64,000 bases of DNA from the human T2T-CHM13v2.0 reference genome, Homo sapiens. The DNA is taken from NCBI RefSeq assembly GCF_009914755.1, contig NC_060928.1. One strand, written 5' to 3'. A program made the translations under genes and the position numbers. The notes under the pieces are model-generated. The model made no database searches, had not been told where the DNA came from, and saw only the letters and a program-made list of their open reading frames with translations. Below are positions 13,576-28,058 of the stretch, piece by piece (positions within the stretch are counted from its first letter, which is position 1; every line of letters starts with the position of its first letter).

Positions 13576-13870
13576 TTTTTTTTCTTTTGAGATGGAATCT
13601 TGCTCTGTCTCCCAGGCTGGAGTGCAGTGGCTCAACCTCAGTTCACTGCAACCTCTCCCACCCAGGTTCAAGCAATCCTCCTGCCTCAGCCTCCCAAGTA
13701 GCTGAGATTACAGGCATCCATCACCACGCCCAGCTAATTTTTGTACTTTTGGTAGAGGTGGGGTTTCACCGTGTTGCCCAGGCTGGTCTCAAGCTCCTGA
13801 CCTCAAGTGATCCACCCACCTGGGCCTCCCAAAATGCTGGGATTACCCGCATGAGCCACCGCTTCCGGCC
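13576..13870 (-). mobile_element. AluS
   Basis: Antisense dimer; TSD aaattctac. Confidence 0.95.
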
Positions 13871-14009
13871 AAATTCTACTTTTAAATAAGGTAAATGTGG
13901 GCTGTGTTTTAGACCTTATTAATACATCTAAGTCACATGATTCAGTTATAAGATAAATTGCACGAAAGCTGTTTGGCCACTACAAAAGGAATACGAGCTA
14001 TCTCTCCTA

Positions 14010-14420
14010 TTTGGATTCATTAATTCATTCAAAAAATATTTGTTGATTATCTACTATATGACAGACGTGGTGAATAATAGGCACTGGAGATTTAAAAGTA
14101 ACAAAACAAAGCTCTGCTCTCATGAAGTTTACATTCCAGTGGGAGCATAGAGATAAATAAACAGATGTATATGTCAGGTGGTGCTCAGTGCTGAGAAGTG
14201 AGGAGTTGGGGGGCGGGTTACAGGTTTACATGGATAGTCAGGAAAAGTGACATGATGGAGGAGGGAGTTAGCTGTGAGAACAGCTAAGAGCCTGCTAGAC
14301 AGAGGAACATGTGAAGGCTGCATGGGCAAGCACTTGGCCTGTTGGCAGAAGAGGAAGGAATCCAGTGTCTGGGAGTAGCATGAGAGCCCATGGAGGCAGC
14401 CAGATCACAGGGGATGTTTT
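14010..14420. mobile_element. L2 fragment
   Basis: ttcattcaaaaaatatttgttga...ctgctctcatgaagtttacattccagtggg...gccagatcacaggg. Confidence 0.7.
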
Positions 14421-14552
14421 ATTTAATTGTTTTTACTGGGCTGATGGAGCAAATGAGCTGAAAATACAGATCAGTAAATAAAATAAGTTTCAGGATAGAA
14501 CAAACAATATATTTCACCAGGAAAAATAAAAGATCATGTATGGGAATGCCTA

Positions 14553-14918
<366 letters not shown>

Positions 14919-16129
14919 TGATTAGATTGCAATGCTTTTCTAGTCTTTCTCATTATAAACCTGAAAGAAAAATGCTGAACTAAAAATCCAAAACTGAACA
15001 AGTAACTATGAGCAGGGAAGAAAAAAAAAACAACTATGAGAAGAATGTCATTGCGGTTAATGTACACAAAGGTAAACACTGAAAAATCCAATAAGGGCTG
15101 AAACGTAGTACCAAATTCCAAAAATTCAAGCAGTGGGTTTGTTTACACAATTGTCTTTTGTGTTTAAAAACAAAGTTACTGAGGTCATTTTTATCTATGG
15201 GCGTAGGTGTCATGGCACAGGAGGTGGAGGGTGTCTCTTCCACATAGCTCCGATAAAAAATGTATCCTGTACTTTGTGGTTGGAACCCTCCTTGGGAGAG
15301 TTTGTGATGTATCTTCTTCCTGACTGTAACAATCTTAAATTGTCCCATCCGCTTCCCTTTGAACTAGCTGTCCATGTGAGTACTTCATTCTTTTACATCA
15401 TATTGTTTTTTCCTAACCACTTCCCCAAGTGGAAGTGCACAAAACATCCCTAAATAGATCTCCCAGCCACCCCAGGCTACCACAATTTGGTTATGTTATT
15501 TGATTATCAGTCTTCTGGACCACTTGCTTTGCTTGCATTGGGTTTTTATTACGGAGACAAACTGAAGAGCTCCTGAACAAATGTCATCTGGGGGGGAATG
15601 ACCACATTCAACCATCACGGACGGAGAGCATACAGCTAACTCAGAGTAGCAAACACTAATCTACGAATAATGAACATAGGCATTATTTTAAGAACCAAAA
15701 GAAAGCACGTGGGCATTTGGTTTACACATCACTCAGAGACAAAGTAAGGAAATCCCTCCCTTCCTAATGCATCATGAGCTACGGGGGGCAGGGACCATAG
15801 CTGTTTTGCTCAAACCTGATGATGAATTAATATGTAAAGTACTTTAGTGTTTTCATAAGGCGCCAAATAAATTAGTTGTTATTCTCACGACCTAGCATAT
15901 AGGAGTTCAATGTTGGGTAGAGGAATGAATAAAGAACCTACTTTTTCTGATTCTTATTATTCCACCACTGGAAAACAACGATTATGGTCACAGTGCTGAG
16001 GATCATAATTTCGATGCCACAAACCCACCACCTAGAGCACACTAATTATCAGATTATTGCAAGGGGAATGGTTACTGAGGCTGGAGAAGGCGAGTCTTAG
16101 TGAGTTCCCTTTAAGCTCTGAGACAACAG

Positions 16130-17300
16130 AGGCCGCCTCTCTCACGGCCTTCCAGCCCTGCAGAGGGACCTCTTCCTAACTTCCACCCCCAGGAATTCCC
16201 CTAACCCCAGTTTCAAGGGGCGGGGAACAACCAGAATCTTTGTCAGGTCCTCTACGCCACGCCCCCTCCTCGCCAGAGCCCCGCCCAGCCTGACGTCCCC
16301 TTCCCCCACTAGCTCCTCTTGCCACAGACGCTCCCCTTCCCCCACCCCCTTCCCCGGCTCGGGCCGTCCCCACGCCGCGCAGGAGAGCAAAGAAACCCCC
16401 GGCGGGGCAGTGGCGGCCGCGGCCTCTCCGAACGCGCGACCCGGCGAGGGGGCGGGGCGGGCAGCCGACTGCGCCGCGCCGGGACTGACGGGCTAACCGG
16501 TCCCCTACCCCCACCTACTCGCCCGCCCCCTCCGGGGCCACCCGGGGACTCTGACCCCCCGGCCTGGCGCCGCCTGACGGAGCGGGAGTGGCTCGCTCCG
16601 GGCCGGCCGGCGCCGGGGATGAGGCTGCCCGGACGGGTCTAGGGGCGCGCGAGGGGCCGAGCATCCCACTCAGCTCGCCGGCCCCGGCCCCCGCCTCGCC
16701 CGCTCCTCCCGCCTGGCCGCCCCGGCCCGCCGTGACCCACGGCCGCCTCCGGAGCCCGACGCGGTAAGTGCGACTTCCTTCTCGGCATCGGGGAGGGGGC
16801 CGCCTCGGGCAGGGCCCGCTTCCCGCCCCCACGCGACTCTCACGCCCCGCTGCGGCCTCCCGGAGCGCGCGGGGCGCGAAGACGCTGCCCCTCCCGGAGG
16901 CGGCTGCGAGGCCCTCGGGTCCGGAGGGGCTGGGCCGGGCGGGGGCCTCCGCACACCGCGCCCGGGGCTCGAACCCCGGCCCGGCCTCCCCGCTGCGCAC
17001 CCCCGAGCGCCGGAGCCGGCGCCCGGGCCGCCCTGGAGTTGTGGAAAGTTGTGGACGCGGTGCTGGTGGCCGGCAGTGAGGAGCGGACTGCGGTGCACCC
17101 GTTGCTGCTTTCCCGGACTGTCCCTGCCAATAAAACAAACTGGAAACCATTTCGGATTTTTTTTTTCCTCTCCTTATTACTTGCAGGCAATTTTGACCTA
17201 AGTTTTTAAGCTTTTCTTTTAAATAATACCCTCGCCCCCGGAGTGTGGAGAATAAGACGGGGACTTCATTTTCCCGAGACCCGGCGTGCCTGGTGAAACT
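16130..17300. promoter_or_regulatory. KLHL5: CpG island / KLHL5 upstream promoter
   Basis: Abrupt switch to very GC- and CpG-rich sequence, with multiple GGGCGG/CCGCCC GC boxes and TGACG half-CRE sites (about 16291, 16487, 16576). Confidence 0.93.
16500..16763 (+). other. KLHL5: KLHL5 non-coding first exon (start approximate)
   Basis: Strong donor GCG|gtaagt at 16764 inside the CpG island. It can join the acceptor at 34221 or 47582. The 5' boundary is a guess. Confidence 0.8.
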
Positions 17301-18132
17301 TTTGCATTTAGGCATTTATTTCAGTGCATGCTCTGGGATCAGAAGCTGGCGGTAAAAGTTTGCTATGTCAGAGAGTAAAGCGTTACTGTCGTTTTTTATC
17401 GCTTCATTTCATTTTCAAAAATATTCTTCAGTAGTCGACAAGTTCACAGAATTCAAAAGGTACAAAAGGGGCAGACAGGCTCACCCCACCCACCCCTGCA
17501 CCCTCCCAATATTCTGTTTCTGGTGTCTTCTTCCAGAGGTTAGATGCGCGGATGCCCCTCCTGCTTGCTTTGAAAAATGAGCTGCTGTTATGTGCCTGGC
17601 ATCTGCTGGTGCTAAATAAATGTTGATTCTCCTTCCTGTTAGGAAACAGTTTAATAACTCTTTTTGGTTATTAGACCTCTGGCGGCAAAAAACCAATCAT
17701 GACTTTTTTTTTTTTTCTGGTTTTCAGCATTTACAGATTTGACTGCATTGTGAATGTGTATGTCCTATTGGCTTGTTATGACTTATGTGAATACTTTTAC
17801 ACAAAGATGAATACACTGACGTTGTTGGGTAATTGGGCAGGGAGGGCAGAATCAACATGAAATTGTAAGAAGATGCAATATGTACAATATATAGTTCCAG
17901 AAACTATATATTTGAAGCATTCTAGCGACCATGTAGTACCATAGGATAAAACAAACTAAATGGGAAAATTGAGGTAGAGCAGGAGAAGAAGAACACAAAG
18001 TCAAGAAAAAAGATAATACCAAGTTCCTATTTAAAAGATCCTGTACTAGAGATGAGTCACAGTTTGGGCCTTGGGCTTCCTGGGAGCTAGGTAAAAAGAG
18101 AAAAAGGAACAACATAAGTTTCAGCCTGTTTT

Positions 18133-18269
18133 GTCTGGGCGCGGTGACTAACGCTTGTGATTCCAGCCCTTTGGGAGGCCGTGGCGAGCGGATCGCTTGA
18201 GCTCAGGGGTTCAAGACCAGCCTGGGCAACATAGTGAGACCCCTGCTTGAAAAGATAAAATAAAATAAC
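18133..18269 (+). mobile_element. FLAM-like Alu monomer
   Basis: ggatcgcttgagctcaggggttcaagaccagcctgggcaacatagtgagaccc followed by an A-rich tail. Confidence 0.88.
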
Positions 18270-18785
18270 AAAGTTTCATTTTGTTTCTAATTCCAAGATT
18301 AGAAACAAACCAGTTCTGCCCTAACCAAGGCGTTTTCCAGTAATGAGGCCTGAGAGGCGTATTTTCCTCCTGGGCCCTAATGAAAAAAGGAGATATGGGA
18401 TGCAGTTGACAATATCTTTAAAACGCCCCTAAGGAAAATAGTGAATTTTGCACGACAGTGTTTTTCAATATAGGAGAGTGATAAAACTGTTAATAAGTTT
18501 TCTGAAGGACTGGAGTCACTTGATCCATTTATAACATTTAGAATGATCTAGAACAGTATTTCCCAAACTGTGTTCTAAGGAATGAGAAAATATTTCCTTT
18601 CTTGCAACAAGATTCTGAGCTCAAGTAAGTTTGAGATAACTAGATTAGAAAATTGGTTTTACTACAGAATTTCTTGGAGATTTACTATACTAATGTTCAA
18701 GTTGCTGTTTTAAAGCGGGATGTATTTTGTAATATTTTCCAAATCTATATGACTATGTAACACAAATTGAGGACCACTGAACCTA

Positions 18786-19107
<322 letters not shown>

Positions 19108-20084
19108 CTATTCTTCAGGCAGTTCTTCATTAGTATTTCTTACAACTGAGGTTTAATGAGAATTGGAAAGCAAAGAGTTGAAGTTAGCCAATTTGTTAAG
19201 GACCAAAGTGAAGATAATCTAAAAGTCGGCATTTTAACGTACTGTATAGCAAAGGAGAACACTACTTTCCCCCGAATTCTTTCACATTTCTTCATTGTTC
19301 TGCAAGTTGCCTGTTGAAGGACCTCTAGGGCACCTTCTTCTGTGCTTCAGGGTACTTAGTGTCTGTGAATTAGACTAGGCATAGGCAAGTTGAAGTCCTT
19401 GAGGAATGACTTTATTCTTGGATGTAAATATGGGATTGACATTTTTTATCACAAACACTATTTGTACTGTTAATTTACTATCAAATCATAAGCATTCCAT
19501 AGCTATGAGAAACCTAAGAGAACACAGTACAGAGTGGAAAGAGCGAAGATTTGAAGCCAGAAAGTCTGGGATTGTGTCACTGCTGTATGTGCAGGGTTGT
19601 TTCCAGCCGGTTGGTGAACCTCCCTGAATCTATTTCCTTATTTGTAAAATTAGAATGATGAGAGCACATAAATTCATTTATGGAATAAATGTTGAGAATC
19701 TACTGGGTACTGGGTAGTAGAAAAACAGCTTTAAGAGAACAAATGAAATAATGTATCAAGAATCCTTCACTGTCTAAATTTATTCCATTCCTGAGTGCAG
19801 GTGGCAAGAGTATGGAAGGCAAGGAATTGCACCTATCCAAATGTATTTGGTTCCAGAGTTCGAGATGGCAAGTACAGAGAGTTGAGAGAATGAGGTGTTG
19901 GTCCAAAAATTTATCAGAATCCATTCGGTTCTTGTGTTCGGATGATGAGTTTGGATAATGAGGGGCACTTCCATTCCAAAGTATTCTCCAAATGATAGTG
20001 CTATACAAAATGATACCATTCTGAAAATAGAGGGCCAGAGCTGTTCATTGCTTCACTCCATTTATGAGAAAGGGGTTTGCTGAG

Positions 20085-20785
<701 letters not shown>

Positions 20786-21071
20786 AAAGAGGCTTCAGAG
20801 TCCCATGAGCTAACACAGAATCTAAATAAATCAAAAGCCAAATATGTCAGTACAGTATTCTATTTAGAAAATAGAAAACAGCATTTCTTTGTGTATGTGA
20901 GTGTGTTTAAACAGAATTATGCTAATGAGAATTATGAAGAATGTCTTTTATTAGTTTGAAATGAAATGCTTTTGAGAACTTCACAATTAAGTTTGTTATT
21001 TTGGCCAAATGAATTTCATTCTTTTTAAATTGTATGTCCATTCAATAAACATTTGTTGAATGTGTATAAGG

Positions 21072-21399
21072 GGCCAGGTGTAGTGGCTCAAGACTGTGCA
21101 GTCCCAGCACTTTGGGAGGCCAAGGTGGGAGGATTCTTCAGTCCAGGAGTTTTGAGACCAATCTGGACAACATAGTGAGACCCTATGCCTACAAAAAATA
21201 AATAAAATTAGCTGGGTGTAGTGGCATGTGTCTCCAGTCCGAGCTTCCTTGGGGGCGGGGGTAGGGAGGTGAGATGATTGATCATTTGTGCTTGGCAGGT
21301 CAAGGCTGCAGTGAGCCATGATCAGGCCACTGCACTCCAACCTACGGGACAGCAAGACCTTGTCTCAAAAATAAATAAATAAATAAATAAATAAATAAA
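21072..21399 (+). mobile_element. AluJ-like with (TAAA)n tail
   Basis: Diverged dimer; TSD gtgtataagg. Confidence 0.9.
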
Positions 21400-21452
21400 T
21401 GAAAGTGTATAAGGCACTGTGTTAGGCCTGTGAGGATAAAAAGATAAATGAG

Positions 21453-21766
<314 letters not shown>

Positions 21767-23711
21767 TTACAATCACAATAGAAAATAGCTATACTTGAGT
21801 TTTCTCTCCCTTTCTCTTTAAGGCATCATTTACAGTATGTAAATGATGTGTATACACACATATATAAAATAGTGAAAAATACTAAATATATAAACTGTTA
21901 CACTTTGTTCCTCTCTGCCTTTTTGGACTTAAGGAGTATTTCATGACAAATTAAACAATGTTACTTAAATTAGCATAAGCAAAAGAAATGTTATGTTAGA
22001 AAAGGAATATAGTTTGTATCAGAGTCCAAGGGCAAGAAGTACAGCTGGGCCTCAAAGCAACTGGCACCAATAACAGAAAGCTAGGAGCTAGGGCTACTTT
22101 CTCTCTCTCCAAGTCTATATGATTTCTTGCTAGTGTCTCTCTCTGCACATGTATTTCTTTCTTCTTTTTCTCTATTGATTAATTTTTCTCTATTTTGCTG
22201 TTACATGGATGTTTTAATCTAAGAGTTTATGAACTTGAAACTAGAGGCTTTAGCAATTTCAGACAATCTAAAAATTTTTAAGTGCATTGTCTTTGTAAGC
22301 TCTTAACCACCAGACTTAGGAAATAATGCAGTTGACTCTAAGGTATAACAAATTAGTGTAATTGACAACTTTGTAGTAGAGAAAGAGGCAGTTATAATAG
22401 CTTTCAATCAAAGAAACCGAGGTGCCATGGAAAGTTCTACACAATTAACATGAGCTTGCAAATTCTAGTGAGACAGGCTGATTATGATAATCAGGATAAG
22501 AAGGTATAACTGGATCTGACTTAAGTAACTACGATATTCCCTCCCTGAACACTGGCAAATGCCATCTCCATTGTAATCCTTTCATCCATCCCTTCTTCCT
22601 CTCCCAGGGTAAGGATTGACTGAATTGTCTAACTCTTATAAGTCATCTGCTTTGATCCTGATACAGAGCTTCCTGGCTTCTCCTCATGGGTAATAATGCA
22701 GGAAGAACGGCACATGTAATATACTACCTAGCTCTGCTCTTTTCTTCCATCCAAACTGGTCTCCTAGACACTCTTTATCTGGACATTTTACATTTTAACA
22801 TGCTATTATCATATCTCTTCACCAATTTAATCTAATTTTATTCTCAATAAATTTCTATCATTTTCTGTTAGACTCGTGTACGTAGCTTCACTAGCAGAAT
22901 TCCCTTGCATTTTCAAACTACGCGATAATCTCCTTTCTTCCTGTTTGAAAAATATCCATAGCTTCACCTCATCAGTGGCCGAAGAGATTAACTATGGGGA
23001 GATGGTATATGTTACCTGAAGAGGATTTCCCAGAAAAAAAAAAAAACAAGAATATGAGTAAAAACTGTGTATGAGATTAGATTCAGGTTGTAGAATATCT
23101 GGAATGTCATATTAAGACTCTTAGACACTTGTTTCTGTGCAAATGAAGGGGTTTTCTTGGGTTTAACTAAACTTCAAATTCAGAAAGCTTGTTTACTCAG
23201 AAGGCTATCAGACAGGAATCATAGTTTGCCAGCAGGGCAGCATCAAATGTTCCTCCTCAGTGGGAGTGATTTTCACAGCAGTCCACGCAGGCAGCTCATA
23301 GCCATCTGGGCAGCACCTCAGAGGAAGCTCACACTAGGTGGTGCAGGAGCTGCCTTGGCTTAAAAAAAGAAAAAAACAAACAAACAAACAAACCAGGTCC
23401 CACAGGAGCCAGTGTCTCTTACACAACTCCATAGACTGAGTTTCCAGGGTTCTGTAAAAGCTATGCTAATTAAAAGAGCCATCACAGGGAAGTCAAAGCT
23501 ATAGCTTCCTTATGAGGTATTTATGGTTCATTTATAGTTCTTGAGTCTTGATGCAAATTTACTAATCACAGGGATCATTTTTACTACAAGTAGTGTTACC
23601 TAATAACAGTTGAGGTACCTAGTTTTACAGATGGCCAGGGAACAGAGCCAAAAGAGTTAACTGAAGCTTAACTCTACTCATACTTGTATTATCTGCAGTG
23701 CCTTTCATTAA

Positions 23712-24078
<367 letters not shown>

Positions 24079-26629
24079 CATTTACTCTTTTTTATAATGG
24101 AGAAAGTGAAATAAGTTGAGAGGAAGGTGAGCCTGGAAAGGCAGGCAAAGACTACTAGATCATTAAAAATCCTGAATTCCATGCTAAAGATCTTAGCTTT
24201 TATTTATCTTGTAGCTGATCAAAAACAAACAAAAGTAAATGTTTTAAGTAGAGTGATGTAGTCAAGAATTGCACTTTAGAAGGCTACTTTGGCGATAGCA
24301 TGGAGAATAAGAGAGGATTTAGACTTGAAGTTGGTTGGTTCATTTCTACTTAATATTTGCCTTTCTTTGGGGAGCTATTTCTCTGATAAGCAGAAAGAAG
24401 GAATACTCAAGTCCGTGCTCCGCAGGAGTTTAGAATTGATGGCCTGGTTTCTGCATGGTTCTTTGGAGAGGCCTGAATCAGTTTGTCCTAAATTTATTTG
24501 TCATCTCCTTCCCCCCATTGGAGTTTGGGAGGACTACTCTGAAGTGCCTCCTAAGAACATTGGATTTAATCTAATGCATGATTAACACTAAGAAATTCTA
24601 GCCTCGACTGATCTCCACTAATCTCCATTTGACCACTAACATCCTCATTTTGCTTTTTGCTGAAGTTAAATTATTGAACAGTTTATTGGTGGCTTTTCTT
24701 TGGGTCTAGTTTTAGGGCAAGCTAGGCAGTTTCTTTAATGGTTAACTGGTTTAATTAACATTTGTAGTGATTAACCATTTCTAATTATGAGCAGTTGAGA
24801 AATAGTGCTTCACATTTTCTCCTCTTTATTGCTTTCACTGCCCATTACTACCCTTTCCCTACCTGACTTATGCTGTTCTAACAAAAATAGATAATTTACA
24901 AAATCTGGATTGGTCCTACAGCAGAATCAAGTTGATCTGTGATTGGCTCATTATGTGATCAGAGAGCCCAGGCAACTTTAATTGATTATACTTGTGTCTG
25001 GAGAGTACTGATTCATTATTTTTCAGAAAAAAATTTTTTTAATCTCCATCACCATAAAGCTACGTGAAAGACAGAAACACTTCTGGATTTGGTTGAAGTC
25101 AGTAAAAGACAAATTTGTGGTTATCCAGATTGTTACTTTTTATGGCACATAAGATAATTGGGTGTCTCAGCACATGCCAACTGTAATGGATCAGGCAAGA
25201 ATTTAGCAGTGGTTTTCCATCATTTTTTTAATGATATTACAGTTTTCTTCCTTGTGCACAGCAAATATGTGCTTAACACTGACAAAAATCTAAGGAGTGG
25301 ATAGCAAGGGAACCTTGTGTTTTACCAGTCATCAAGCTGAAGGAATGTTTTCAAAAGTAACGATTTTGTTATATCATAGTAGTATCAGCTGTAATAACTT
25401 TTACAGGTGAGCTTAAAATAAAGGCTATATAATATTAATTTAGCTGAGTTTTAAAATGTCCCTTGCTTTACTACCAGGTATCAGTACTGATAGGTAGTTG
25501 TGGAATAAAACGATTCTTTTGATGTTACTGTGGGCCAGTACTTTGTAAGAAACAGCAGCAGCAATTGGGAGGGAGCTAAGTAGGGAGAAATCTGTGAGGC
25601 ACTTGTACTTGGTGAATAAATGTCATTTTGGCATTTAACTGCAGTTACGATGAACTTAATTTAAGTTTCTTCTTATTTAAGAGATCATGTGTTCCTTAAG
25701 TATTCTGTTCCCCCTCCCCGCTGCCTTTTGTGCCTTACTTGCTTTTAGTTTGGTCAGATATTATCGGCAAAGAATTTGTCTGTTCTGCTACTCTCTACTA
25801 GACATCTAACCTTGTCCAAGTCAACTATACTCTCAATCTACTTCCTCATTTGCACAACTACTCTACCTGCCTCACAAGGTATTTTTGAGTAGCGAATGAG
25901 AATACTTCTTGCTTTGAAAGCAAGAAGCAGTGTGGTGTATTCGAAAGTATATGGTTTTTAGGGTCCATCCTGGACCCTGCCACTCACCAGATATAGGTAT
26001 TAAGTCAGGTTAATTAATCTCACTTCAGTATCTTCATCTATAAGGAGTGGTGGGCTGGGGGCAGGAATGACCCCTGTTGGACAGAGTTTTTCTGACAACA
26101 AAATGCCCCAGTCAGTGTAAAGTATTTTATATATTATTGTGCTCATTTGGGCACTTAAGAGATAGTAGCTGCTGCTATAAATCCTGACCGTTACTCAATA
26201 CTTAGATGTGCCACTTACTTAATCCTATTACTGAAGAGAGAACTGAAGACAAAGGAGGTGAAGTGATTTGCCCAAATTATACAGCTAGCTGGTGAGTGGC
26301 TTAGCTATTGACTCAGGCTCTTTCTGCTGTGTCACTTAGGCTACCATTAATAAGTGATAATGTGGGAAAATAACAGCAGAAGCGCTCTCCACCAACTGCT
26401 TCTGAACTGACTTACAGCTCTAACTTGAGGCACACTCTTCTGCTGTAAAATGTACTTACTGATAGCATGGGCCAACTGAACACTCATGGGTAAGCAGGCA
26501 GCTCCATAGCTGACCTGTACATCTCTGCTTACTCGTTGAATTGAGTACTTACCAGAAGTTGGTTCTGTTTATTCACAAACCTGTTTTTAACAGTTATACT
26601 TGTTATAGTAATTATAAAACATTAGTAAA

Positions 26630-27342
26630 CATGTAAATTGATGAAAGTGTAAAGAAAAGATAATTCTTCCTATGAAAATTAAGTTGAATGCTTTGGGATG
26701 CCTCTATATAAATGAGTTATTTTAAAAATTCTATCAAGTTGGATAAAGGCTGGATAATTGTAAGAGACTAGGGAAAAAGTCATCAAAGTCTAAAGCAGGG
26801 CCTGTCAAAGGCCATCAACCAGCTACCTGGTCTTCAGACTACTAGGGGTCCTCAAGGATATAAGGAGTGCACATTAGAATATTAATTAACTACATTAGGC
26901 AAACTAATGCACACTGGTTCAGCAAATGTTTTGTTTTCATGGTGAGACTTTCTCCTTGAAGAAAGCGATGCATTAATTTACAATCTGGCACAAGTTTTTC
27001 CTGTGGTGGACAGACCACTGGTCTAATGGATTCTGTATTCATATTATTTCAGAAGTGCTTTTAAGTTCTGTTTCCATTTATAGAAACCATAAGTGGAAAT
27101 CATAGATGATGGATCATTGTGGGTACAGCTTATGCAAGACAAAGGACCCAAACTCAGTAGGAGACCCCTATCAAATATATGGCATTAACCCTATATGAAA
27201 AGATTTACAAATGAATGTGCATGTATATGTTCAAGTTAAAATAACATCTTTAAAGGAATGTATTTATTATTTTTATGATTATTGACTTTTTTCTTTAGTG
27301 GACCATCTACAGGTTTCATCTGAAAAGGGGGCTTTCACTGTA
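26630..27342 (+). mobile_element. Ancient Tigger/pogo-type DNA transposon fossil (interrupted)
   Basis: Degenerate translation MKIKLNAL...IKLDKGWIIVRD*GKS and a later ...EIIDD...LWVQLMQ segment resemble the pipsqueak and CENP-B helix-turn-helix regions of Tigger transposases. Ends in ...cactgTA. Confidence 0.55.
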
Positions 27343-27780
27343 CTCAGAGTTCCAGGTTGACTGGAAATAAATCTTTGACCTCTGCAGCTGTCTAAGCTTG
27401 CCTTGCTATATCTTAGCTTATCATATGCATTCTGTGTGTATCTTCATCATGCTGTATTATAATTTTTAAATTTAATGTCAGTTCCTGCATTGTACGTGAT
27501 ATGGTAAAGGGACATAGTTTAGTTTAAAGGTTAAAGTTTACTCCATTTACTTTTTTTGCCTTGATTTTTTTCCTCTTGATCTTCCCTCGTATACTTATAG
27601 GTATATATTACAGTGATTTATTTAGGATACACAAAGAAATAAAATCCCTATATTACATGGCTTTTACCATGAAGTCATCTTCAGTTTTCAGCATATATCA
27701 AAGTTCTTGACTGCTTAGTTTTCAGTCTACCATGTGGTTTGTAGAGCCAGATGTCTTGGTATAATACAACTGAATTTAAA

Positions 27781-28058
27781 TTGTGTGTGTGTATGTGTAT
27801 TGTGTCAATCTTGCCCTGTTGCCCGAGCAACCGTGCAATGGCACAGTCTTGGTTCACTGCAGCCTCCACTTCCCAGGTTCAAGTGATCCTCCTGCCTCAG
27901 CCTCCTGAATAGCTGGAACTATACTGCATCCGACTAATTTTTGTATTTTTGTAGAGATGGGGTTTCACCATGTTGGCCAGGCTGGTCTCGAATTCCTGAC
28001 CTCAAGTGATCCACCCTCAGGGGTGCTGGGATTATAGGCATGAGCCACTGCACCCGGC
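27781..28058 (-). mobile_element. Diverged Alu with (TG)n tail
   Basis: Antisense dimer with deletions; TSD tgaatttaaatt. Confidence 0.9.

Noticed and set aside
16142-17315. Several overlapping 80-270-aa ORFs on both strands
   Set aside because: Expected stop-codon depletion in a GC-rich island; the Arg/Gly/Pro/Ala-rich translations have no recognisable family.
19700-20019. Two overlapping minus-strand ORFs in unique-looking DNA
   Set aside because: No recognisable protein similarity, poly(A) tail or TSD to support a retrocopy.
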